Shown: positions 1 to 5,910, counted from the first letter of the stretch. The stretch: DNA of 33,912 nucleotides from Patescibacteria group bacterium (GCA_040384485.1 JAZKJH010000007.1:1-33912), one strand, 5' to 3'. Program-made: numbers and translations. The notes: generated from the sequence alone by a model not told the origin.

Positions 1-1
1 T

Positions 2-74
2 GCACCCATAACTCAGTTGGTAGAGTAGCTCCCTCTTAAGGAGAATGTCGTAGGTTCGATCCCTACTGGGTGCA
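2..74 (+). tRNA. tRNA-Lys (anticodon CTT)
   Basis: Acceptor stem GCACCCA(2-8)/TGGGTGC(67-73), D arm ACTCAGTTGGTAGAGT, anticodon loop CT-CTT-AA, T arm GTAGG-TTCGATC-CCTAC, discriminator A74; CCA not encoded. Confidence 0.95.
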
Positions 75-83
75 CTAGGCTAG

Positions 84-109
84 AAATCTCCCTGGGATGG
101 GAGATTTTT
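84..109 (+). terminator. Intrinsic terminator-like hairpin after tRNA-Lys
   Basis: AAATCTCCC-TGGGAT-GGGAGATTT followed by further T residues. Confidence 0.65.
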
Positions 110-110
110 C

Positions 111-265
111 GCACTAGTGCAAGCCGGAGCTACATTTTTTCAGTAGAAAAAATAAGCGAGGCAGGGTCGTGGAAATTTTTGAGCGTCGGCGAAAAAATTA
201 TCCCTGACCACAAGTGCACCTGAAAATAATGTACTGACCGAGTAGCGGTCGATACCCCTACTGGG
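111..265. repeat. tRNA-associated repeat element, copy 1
   Basis: CTAGTGCA (114-121) is the reverse complement of the tRNA-Lys end TGCACTAG (71-78). It contains AAGCC, internal hairpins, the core GTCGGCGAAAAAATTATCCCTGACC (185-209) shared with copy 2, and a degenerate direct copy of the tRNA T-arm/3' end (GGTCGATACCCCTACTGGG, 247-265). Confidence 0.7.
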
Positions 266-308
266 AAATGTCGCATTTTTTATTATTTATGATATATTGA
301 TATCCATC

Positions 309-390
309 GGGCAAGTGGCGGAATTGGTATACGCGCTAGTCTTAGGAACTAGTTCCTCACGGATTGGGAGTTCGAGTCTCCCCTTGCCCA
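309..390 (+). tRNA. tRNA-Leu (anticodon TAG)
   Basis: Acceptor GGGCAAG/CTTGCCC, anticodon arm CTAGT-CTTAGGA-ACTAG, long variable arm, T arm GGGAG-TTCGAGT-CTCCC, discriminator A390; CCA not encoded. Confidence 0.95.
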
Positions 391-397
391 CAAACAA

Positions 398-423
398 CAA
401 ACCGCGAAAGCGGTTTTTGTTTT
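398..423 (+). terminator. Intrinsic terminator after tRNA-Leu
   Basis: AAACCGC-GAAA-GCGGTTT hairpin followed by a T-rich tract. Confidence 0.8.
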
Positions 424-573
424 GGGACAAGGAGAAAGCTCTGGGGGAGCTTTCGTGGAGACTCGAAGCCTGTTTGAGATATTTTTTGGATTTCAAGAAC
501 AAAAATATCCAAACATGGGTACTGATCCTGTAAGGATCTAGTCGGCCTAAAAAATTATTCCTGACCGAGTCTC
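421..573. repeat. tRNA-associated repeat element, copy 2
   Basis: GGAGACTCGAA (457-467) is the exact reverse complement of tRNA-Leu TTCGAGTCTCC (371-381). It is followed by AAGCC, hairpins, the core GTCGGCCTAAAAAATTATTCCTGACC (541-566) and the direct T-arm copy CGAGTCTC (566-573). Confidence 0.7.
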
Positions 574-657
574 AGAATTTTCCCTCCTTACCCACTAACT
601 TTACATGTATATTTATATGTGTTATTATTTTCATGGACACTTTTAGAAAGGACAGCT

Positions 658-909
658 ATGAGACCTGGACCAGAAATCCTTGTGCAGCCAGTCGTCGAAC
701 ATGTCAGAAACGCCCCATCACGCTTGATGGGTATCGGTGCGACTCTCATGATTATTGGGCTATTCTTGATGATGGCCTTAGTTGCGGAAAATAGTTCCGT
801 ACTGAATTACATCGGCTTCATAGGGGTAGTTATGATGCTCATCGGAATCATCACAACTGGCATCGGCTACACAATTCTTGAACGCCGATGGAAAAAACAA
901 GGGCAATAA
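658..909 (+). CDS. Small two-TM hypothetical membrane protein (83 aa)
   Basis: In-frame ATG at 658 preceded by AAAGGA (647-652), preferred over the track start at 619; two hydrophobic helices and a basic C-tail. Confidence 0.7.
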   Translation: MRPGPEILVQPVVEHVRNAPSRLMGIGATLMIIGLFLMMALVAENSSVLNYIGFIGVVMMLIGIITTGIGYTILERRWKKQGQ

Positions 910-955
910 CGCCACGAGGAGTCATAGACCATTCGAACAAAGGAGATACAGCAAC

Positions 956-1165
956 ATGACCCAAGTTTGCGCAGCATGTGCCACCGACAAAAACAGTCAT
1001 CCACTTCCTGAAGCTGGAAGTGCAGTGAACAAAGTAATGCTCAATAGTTCACGCGAACAACTACTTCATATGTTTCAGGAACATGACCTTGGTTCCGGAG
1101 CATCCGATTGTGGATGTGTGGTGATGGATTATCAACTCTATCCCTGCAAAGAACACTCGAAGTAG
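956..1165 (+). CDS. Small Cys/His-rich hypothetical protein, possibly zinc-binding (69 aa)
   Basis: ATG at 956 preceded by AGGAG (941-945); CAAC, CGC and CKEH motifs; the stop is directly followed by a terminator hairpin. Confidence 0.65.
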   Translation: MTQVCAACATDKNSHPLPEAGSAVNKVMLNSSREQLLHMFQEHDLGSGASDCGCVVMDYQLYPCKEHSK

Positions 1166-1218
1166 TACCCCCGCCCGACAAACACAACCCGTGCTTCGTC
1201 CGGCGGGTTTTATTTTAT
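1166..1218 (+). repeat. Repeated bulged hairpin/terminator, copy A
   Basis: TACCCCCGCCCGACAAACACAACCCGTGCTTCGTCCGGCGGGTTTTATTTTAT; near-identical to 2089-2138. Confidence 0.85.
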
Positions 1219-1247
1219 TTGACAAAAGCACATAAATGTGCTAACAT
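1219..1247 (+). promoter_or_regulatory. Sigma70-type promoter with a palindrome in the spacer
   Basis: TTGACA (1219-1224), 17-nt spacer, TAACAT (1242-1247); AGCACAT-AA-ATGTGCT dyad at 1227-1242. Confidence 0.7.
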
Positions 1248-1264
1248 AAGTAGAGGAGATAACA

Positions 1265-1528
1265 ATGTTTGGAACACCGACTTTGAACAGACTGTTGTCT
1301 GGGAACCCGGTAGAGTTTGAAGGGATTAAAGTATTCCCTGTGAAAAACAGCGAAGGCAAGGTTACCACAGGGGAATCACTAAACCCTGGTGATGTGTACA
1401 TTGCTGAAAGAAACGGACCACCGCTACTGCTCACTGCCCAAAGAATCGACTTCTCGGCAGGAATAGTACTTCCTGATTGTAAGCAATATCCGTTCAACTT
1501 CGACGAGTGCGTCAAGGTTCGGTTCTAA
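1265..1528 (+). CDS. Hypothetical protein (87 aa)
   Basis: GAGGAG SD at 1253-1258, own promoter, beta-rich globular-looking sequence; no recognised family. Confidence 0.75.
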   Translation: MFGTPTLNRLLSGNPVEFEGIKVFPVKNSEGKVTTGESLNPGDVYIAERNGPPLLLTAQRIDFSAGIVLPDCKQYPFNFDECVKVRF

Positions 1529-1579
1529 AACAACTCGCAACTGAGCAGAGGACTGCTCACCTTCAACAGGAGTTTGCTT

Positions 1580-1798
1580 ATGGCACTGTTTACGTTCTTT
1601 TCCTGGACCTTTTACATCTCATGCATTGTGATCGCCCTGATTTCAGAAGACAGCTTCATAATCAGGGGTGCACCGGTAACGAGCCGATTCATTCGTGCAT
1701 TCGTAATCGCGACTCTGATACCGTGCATGGGTATCGTGTTCTACATCTTCGGCCTGGTGGGAAAATTCCTACTCTTGCCGATCACTTCTTTGTTTTAA
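1580..1798 (+). CDS. Small two-TM hypothetical membrane protein (72 aa)
   Basis: ATG at 1580 with AGGAG at 1568-1572; two hydrophobic segments. Confidence 0.65.
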   Translation: MALFTFFSWTFYISCIVIALISEDSFIIRGAPVTSRFIRAFVIATLIPCMGIVFYIFGLVGKFLLLPITSLF

Positions 1799-1810
1799 AG
1801 GGAGAAACCA

Positions 1811-2083
1811 ATGGAGTCACCGAGAGAAGTACTCGAGAAAATTGAGTTTGCGATTAAAACAAGAAATGCCGCTGTAGCCAATCTGAGCTACGAAGAGATC
1901 TGTTACCTTTTGAAATTCTATTGCGGTTTCAACCCAAAGACCGCAGAAGGCATCAAATCACGAATCGCGGACGGGCTACCCAGCCTGAAAGACGTTTCCG
2001 TTCAGATCACAGATGGCGGCCTCAATCCCACAGTCCGGTTTACAATGCCGGATGGGCAAAGAAAAACCTTCCGTTACTGCTAA
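1811..2083 (+). CDS. Hypothetical protein (90 aa)
   Basis: GGAGA SD at 1801-1805, 12 nt after the previous stop; followed by a terminator. Confidence 0.75.
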   Translation: MESPREVLEKIEFAIKTRNAAVANLSYEEICYLLKFYCGFNPKTAEGIKSRIADGLPSLKDVSVQITDGGLNPTVRFTMPDGQRKTFRYC

Positions 2084-2088
2084 CCACT

Positions 2089-2138
2089 TACCCCGCCGAC
2101 AACACAACCCGTGCTTTGTCAGGCGGGTTTTATTTTAT
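2089..2138 (+). repeat. Repeated bulged hairpin/terminator, copy B
   Basis: TACCCCGCCGACAACACAACCCGTGCTTTGTCAGGCGGGTTTTATTTTAT; differs from copy A by three single-base gaps and two substitutions. Confidence 0.85.
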
Positions 2139-2167
2139 GCCCAAATAACCTATATCTAAATTACAAA

Positions 2168-2196
2168 TTGACTTCCATTTTTAAATCACTTAATCT
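2168..2196 (+). promoter_or_regulatory. Sigma70-type promoter
   Basis: TTGACT (2168-2173), 17 nt, TAATCT (2191-2196). Confidence 0.65.
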
Positions 2197-2212
2197 TGGA
2201 TAGGAGGTCGCG

Positions 2213-2374
2213 ATGAGAAATATCGTTTTTGCTATTGAGGTCATTACTGGTTCGGCCGGGATTGTCCTTGGAATACTCGGACTAGTAGGATCGGCGGCGC
2301 CACTCATGCTTTATGGCGGAGCCTTGCAAGCCTTGGCTTTCGGACTAACACGAGAAAGACGAGGGCACTGGTGA
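2213..2374 (+). CDS. 53-aa hydrophobic microprotein not in the ORF track
   Basis: Hand translation MRNIVFAIEVITGSAGIVLGILGLVGSAAPLMLYGGALQALAFGLTRERRGHW*; AGGAGGT SD at 2202-2208, own promoter and terminator. Confidence 0.7.
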   Translation: MRNIVFAIEVITGSAGIVLGILGLVGSAAPLMLYGGALQALAFGLTRERRGHW

Positions 2375-2387
2375 CAATTCTTGAACC

Positions 2388-2412
2388 CTGCCGGCATATG
2401 TCGGCAGTTTTT
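2388..2412 (+). terminator. Intrinsic terminator
   Basis: CTGCCGGCA-TA-TGTCGGCAG followed by TTTTT. Confidence 0.75.
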
Positions 2413-2429
2413 ATTTATTAGAATAAACC

Positions 2430-2458
2430 TTGACAAATTAATTCTAATATGTTATCAA
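2430..2458 (+). promoter_or_regulatory. Sigma70-type promoter
   Basis: TTGACA (2430-2435), 17 nt, TG-n-TATCAA (imperfect -10). Confidence 0.5.
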
Positions 2459-2476
2459 TTGTTACAGGAGACCTAT

Positions 2477-2866
2477 ATGCCTTGCAGATCCGATTACCTC
2501 GAACCAACAACACGTGAACAGGAACTTCAGCGCGCTGCCAAACTTTTGGTGTATGTGCGCAGGAAGATGGGAATTGAACCTGAGGACTGGGCTTTGTCTC
2601 AGTCTGGGAACATCTACGCCAATGACGACCGAGCTGTTATTGAACTTTGCGCAGCGTTGACGTCGATGACGTCGGACGTCCTTGAGACGATCGTCTACAA
2701 CCCCCATGATGCCGAGTCTCGCGACTTGGCTGATTGGTGGGAGGTTCACCAGGCGGCAGATGCTGAGCGAGAGAAACGTGAAGCTGAGCAGGCGCAGGAC
2801 GAGGAAACCAAAAAGTCCGCGCTCGCGAAGCTCTCACCAGCAGAACGTAAAGCCTTGAAAGTGTAG
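2477..2866 (+). CDS. Hypothetical helical protein, possibly phage-related (129 aa)
   Basis: ATG at 2477 with AGGAG at 2466-2470 (the track start at 2381 overlaps a terminator and a promoter); begins MPCRSDY, contains LADWWEVHQ and a charged coiled-coil tail; GC-rich. Confidence 0.75.
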   Translation: MPCRSDYLEPTTREQELQRAAKLLVYVRRKMGIEPEDWALSQSGNIYANDDRAVIELCAALTSMTSDVLETIVYNPHDAESRDLADWWEVHQAADAEREKREAEQAQDEETKKSALAKLSPAERKALKV

Positions 2867-2880
2867 GCTCCGAACAAACG

Positions 2881-2917
2881 GCCACCACGTCAAATTGACG
2901 TGGTGGCTATTATTTTA
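2881..2917 (+). terminator. Perfect 13-bp inverted repeat, probable terminator
   Basis: GCCACCACGTCAA-A-TTGACGTGGTGGC then TATTATTTT. Confidence 0.7.
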
Positions 2918-2918
2918 C

Positions 2919-2947
2919 TTGACAAACTATTTCCATTATGATATCCT
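2919..2947 (+). promoter_or_regulatory. Sigma70-type promoter driving a non-coding region
   Basis: TTGACA (2919-2924), 17 nt, extended TG-n-TATCCT (2939-2947). Confidence 0.7.
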
Positions 2948-2953
2948 TAAAGG

Positions 2954-3150
2954 TAATAGTATTTCATCTTACTTTCGGGTCAGTTTGAGAATTCAAGGAA
3001 ATCAGTATCTCGTATCTATTCAGATCAATTAGACACTAGCTAACTTTCAGGCAATCACACAGATTACGCTTAAAGCACTATATATCAAAGAGGCCGTTCG
3101 AAACTTGGCTAGATATTGGTTTCCTTAAATTCTAAATCAGAAATACTACT
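2954..3150 (+). ncRNA. Candidate structured ncRNA of unknown family
   Basis: No ORF in the track. The ends pair (TAGTATTTC 2957-2965 / GAAATACTA 3140-3148); 23-position stem 2988-3010 / 3111-3133 with 20 Watson-Crick pairs, 2 G-U and 1 mismatch; flanked by a promoter and a terminator. Confidence 0.65.
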
Positions 3151-3156
3151 CAAAAC

Positions 3157-3182
3157 AAAGCCTGCATTTCGCAGGTTTTTGT
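3157..3182 (+). terminator. Intrinsic terminator
   Basis: AAAGCCTGC-ATTTC-GCAGGTTTTT. Confidence 0.75.
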
Positions 3183-3206
3183 CTATATAAATGATATAAT
3201 TTATCT

Positions 3207-3587
3207 ATGAAAAGGAAACTAGTTATTGAAATAATTCTTTCTATTGCATTTGTTTTTGTTGGGACTTATTTTATTTTTGGACACTTAGAACACATATCCC
3301 AATTCTGGAATTCACAGAACATCTGGAGCCTTATTCTTTCTCTAGGTTGGGTTGTTGTGGCTAGTGGATACTATCATCAAGGTTGGCTCATACATGAAAA
3401 ACACAATGCCAAAAATGTATCTCTACTCCTACCTGTATCTGTTTTCTTTATACAATGTATTTTGTTTATAAAAGGAATTTATTACGACGATTGGTCACTT
3501 ATTTGGGGTGCTCTTGTTGTAAACTCAGGTGTATCCTTTTCTATTTACCATATTATTAAATACCGATTTTTGATTAAAAAACCTTAG
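3207..3587 (+). CDS. Four-TM membrane protein, SemiSWEET/PQ-loop-like
   Basis: YYHQGWLIHEKHNAKNVS resembles the PQ-xx-K...A-x-D-x-S loop of the 3-helix PQ-loop unit, preceded by an extra N-terminal TM; AT-rich, with TATAAT 6 nt before the ATG. Confidence 0.5.
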   Translation: MKRKLVIEIILSIAFVFVGTYFIFGHLEHISQFWNSQNIWSLILSLGWVVVASGYYHQGWLIHEKHNAKNVSLLLPVSVFFIQCILFIKGIYYDDWSLIWGALVVNSGVSFSIYHIIKYRFLIKKP

Positions 3588-3617
3588 TTTAAGCCATAAA
3601 TATGGCAATATCTAACC

Positions 3618-3646
3618 TTGACTTTTGTATATTTATGGTATATAAT
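3618..3646 (+). promoter_or_regulatory. Near-consensus sigma70 promoter
   Basis: TTGACT (3618-3623), 17 nt, TATAAT (3641-3646). Confidence 0.8.
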
Positions 3647-3717
3647 ATGTACAGGATTTTGAGGGGTGTTATGTAACTCCCCCATTTGAGTTCGTTGACA
3701 CGAAAGAGGTGAACTAA

Positions 3718-4848
3718 ATGTTAGCAAAAATCATTAGTACGATAGTCGTCTTAATTGTCATAGCAGCCGTCGGGACCATCCCCGGATGGTGGTCTGGAAA
3801 TCCAATGCTTGGACTCCAGACAGTGGGTGTACTTGTGGGTTCTTTTCTGCTCACCTTTATCGCGGTGTGGGAAGGATCCCAACGAGGTATCGGACCCATC
3901 ATATCTATCGCAAGAAACCATATCGTTACTGTTGACAAGGGAAAAGGCAACCCGACGAAAATGTTGGCCAACCTTCCGCCCGGTTACGTAGTAAAGGGTA
4001 TGGAAATCGTAAAAGGAGATCCTTCTTGGAATCCATTCGCGAGTTTTTTACGATCGTTTGGTTTGTTCTACAAAGGTTGGCCTCCCCTGGAGGTCCATGA
4101 GTTTCCATTTCTTCATGAACGGATTAATCCGTCCTTGAACGAGGAAAAGCCTGAGGAGTGGATTGAGCGAGATAAAGCACCTGTGCCCACTCGCCACCTA
4201 CTCTGGGACAAGCAACATGACTTCATGATCCCAGGAGTGGAATTCAAGGGTGGCATGAGTGCGAATATAATGATCAACGCACGCTTTCTTTCTAAGAGAC
4301 CGTTGGTGTCGATCTATGACAGAGAAGGTAAGTTCTTTGATGTCATGAAGCCGATTATTCACGGCGCTGTAATTGGAATTGCATCATTGAAAGTCTACAA
4401 AGAAGAATTCAGTGAGGCAAATTCAAAAGAACGCGAGGCTTTTACTGAAAGCGTTCTTGAGTTCCTCAGGAAAAACGACCTGCTTGTTAGTCAAACTGGT
4501 CAGGAAATGATGAGTTTGGTTATTTCCAGACACAAGCCAGTGACCAAGGAGCAAGAAAAACTCCTGTTGCTGAAAGAGGAAGCCAAGATTCGAAGACAGG
4601 CCGCAATCATCGACGCTCAGGCTGATACTGCGGATGTAACTGAGATGATCAAAGCTGTTAAGCGTCAACTGAAAGACGCAAAAACGGAGCAGGTTATCGA
4701 ACTTGTTCGTGATCTTGCCGTTGCCACTCGCATGAAAGAAGCGGGTTCGCAAGCAATGAATGTGGGTGCCATGCTGGGCATGGGCCTAAGTAACAACAAA
4801 AACAGTCCTGGAGGAAAAGGTCCAGGTAGAGGAGGTCGTAGAAAATGA
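3718..4848 (+). CDS. Membrane-anchored protein, divergent SPFH/band-7-like
   Basis: Two N-terminal TMs; the segment IPGVEFKGGMSANIMINARFLSKRPLVSIY followed by helices and a G-x(4)-SLVI strand matches the SPFH pattern; Ala/Glu-rich coiled coil (EEAKIRRQAAIIDAQAD); GAGGTG SD. Confidence 0.55.
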   Translation: MLAKIISTIVVLIVIAAVGTIPGWWSGNPMLGLQTVGVLVGSFLLTFIAVWEGSQRGIGPIISIARNHIVTVDKGKGNPTKMLANLPPGYVVKGMEIVKGDPSWNPFASFLRSFGLFYKGWPPLEVHEFPFLHERINPSLNEEKPEEWIERDKAPVPTRHLLWDKQHDFMIPGVEFKGGMSANIMINARFLSKRPLVSIYDREGKFFDVMKPIIHGAVIGIASLKVYKEEFSEANSKEREAFTESVLEFLRKNDLLVSQTGQEMMSLVISRHKPVTKEQEKLLLLKEEAKIRRQAAIIDAQADTADVTEMIKAVKRQLKDAKTEQVIELVRDLAVATRMKEAGSQAMNVGAMLGMGLSNNKNSPGGKGPGRGGRRK

Positions 4849-5501
4849 TTAGTGGATTTTCGTTAATAATCCAATTCCTTCTGTCGGTGATTACCATTGC
4901 CTTGTTGGCATATGGTATTAACAAGGCAAAAGGTGAAGCTAAACTCACACCGCAACAATGGGCAGGGGTTTTCGTTCCTGTTCTGGTTGTGGTGGCAATC
5001 CACTTCGGGATTTACTGGGTACTGAGAGAGGAGTGGTGGTTGTGGGCCCAACAAAAAGGGTTCATGGTCTCACAGTTACTACTCGTTTTGGGGTTCTATG
5101 CTAGTGGCCTAACAGCTGGTGGCAAGGCTCCAAAAATGCTCGGTAACCTGGCGATAGTGATTGGTGCTGTAATATTTTTCAGCACTATCTACTCGACCGC
5201 CAGGATCACTATGGGGTACGAAAAGCCCAAGCTATCCGACCTTTGGGCAGAAAAAAAGGCCGACGAGGAGGAAGGAAACAAGGAGGTATTTCTGGTCTAC
5301 TCCAACAACTGGAGTAGCAGGAAATATCCTCGTGAGGGAGGAATCACAAAGGCCATGGGTCCGGTGAGAGTCCTCTACGATAACAACGAATACATCGACA
5401 TCGACGAGAAGTTCGATGGTGAGTGGCCAGAGATGAGCTGGTTCCGGATTAAGTCCAGGCGGACAGACGGAAAACCAGTTACAATCATCAGAACCTGGTA
5501 A
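4845..5501 (+). CDS. Hypothetical membrane protein (4 TM plus a soluble C-domain)
   Basis: ATGA overlap with the upstream gene, GGAGGT SD, four hydrophobic segments. Confidence 0.75.
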   Translation: MISGFSLIIQFLLSVITIALLAYGINKAKGEAKLTPQQWAGVFVPVLVVVAIHFGIYWVLREEWWLWAQQKGFMVSQLLLVLGFYASGLTAGGKAPKMLGNLAIVIGAVIFFSTIYSTARITMGYEKPKLSDLWAEKKADEEEGNKEVFLVYSNNWSSRKYPREGGITKAMGPVRVLYDNNEYIDIDEKFDGEWPEMSWFRIKSRRTDGKPVTIIRTW

Positions 5502-5509
5502 CAACATAT

Positions 5510-5548
5510 TCGCGCAAGCGCCCTACGGGGAGCTTGCGCGATTTTTTT
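5510..5548 (+). terminator. Intrinsic terminator
   Basis: TCGCGCAAGCGCCC-TAC-GGGGAGCTTGCGCGA followed by TTTTTTT. Confidence 0.75.
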
Positions 5549-5565
5549 ATAATTTTTTATAAAAG

Positions 5566-5585
5566 AAAACCCCGATTGCTCGGGG
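5566..5585 (-). terminator. Intrinsic terminator for the pilin array
   Basis: CCCCGA-TTGC-TCGGGG with an A tract on the left (U tract on the minus strand), 6 nt from the last pilin stop. Confidence 0.65.
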
Positions 5586-5591
5586 CTGTCT

Positions 5592-5891
5592 TTATCCTCT
5601 TAGATCCAATATATTCCCTGCCTCTCCTTCTATTTCGCTTGGGGCTATCCCAAAAGTTGCGAGTATAAAACGGATAATCCCGTATACTGAAAACATTATT
5701 ACCATACCGACTATCCCCCACAAAATAGAATTTCTAGCTTCTATACGCGTCTGACCTTTATCTCCTGGATCTGTTTTTAGAAACATAACTATACCGTAAA
5801 TAAAATATAGAAATGCCAGAGCAAAAACGAGAAGAATGAGCGGATTCAAAATCAAATTATTTACCTTGTATAGGAAAGGAACGATAGTCAT
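5592..5891 (-). CDS. VirB2/TrbC-like (T4SS-type) pilin family protein
   Basis: Two hydrophobic helices joined by a charged loop: FIYGIVMF...EARNSILWGIVGMVIM; no obvious signal peptide. Confidence 0.7.
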   Translation of the reverse strand: MTIVPFLYKVNNLILNPLILLVFALAFLYFIYGIVMFLKTDPGDKGQTRIEARNSILWGIVGMVIMFSVYGIIRFILATFGIAPSEIEGEAGNILDLRG

Positions 5892-5910
5892 AATTTGATT
5901 TTAGGTAGTT

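Noticed and set aside
247-265. Partial tRNA-Lys 3' duplicate as attR of a prophage or integrative island
   Set aside because: Only ~190 bp from the tRNA, imperfect, and no integrase in the window; treated as part of the small tRNA-linked element.
287-533. ORFs 287-502(-) and 297-533(+)
   Set aside because: They overlap the tRNA-Leu gene, its terminator and the repeat element; no coding signals.
1166-2138. Repeated hairpins as integron attC sites or CRISPR repeats
   Set aside because: No matching RYYYAAC/GTTRRRY box pair, only two copies ~920 bp apart separated by genes, and no intI or cas gene.
2381-2476. N-terminal extensions given by the ORF track (also starts 619, 878, 1574, 12872)
   Set aside because: The extensions run through terminators, promoters or upstream genes; downstream starts have clear SD motifs.
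2954-3150. Identification as tmRNA, RNase P RNA, SRP RNA, a riboswitch or retron msr-msd
   Set aside because: No tRNA-like acceptor ends, no RNase P P4 or SRP loop motifs, the downstream gene has its own promoter, and no reverse transcriptase is nearby. 6S RNA could not be excluded by eye.
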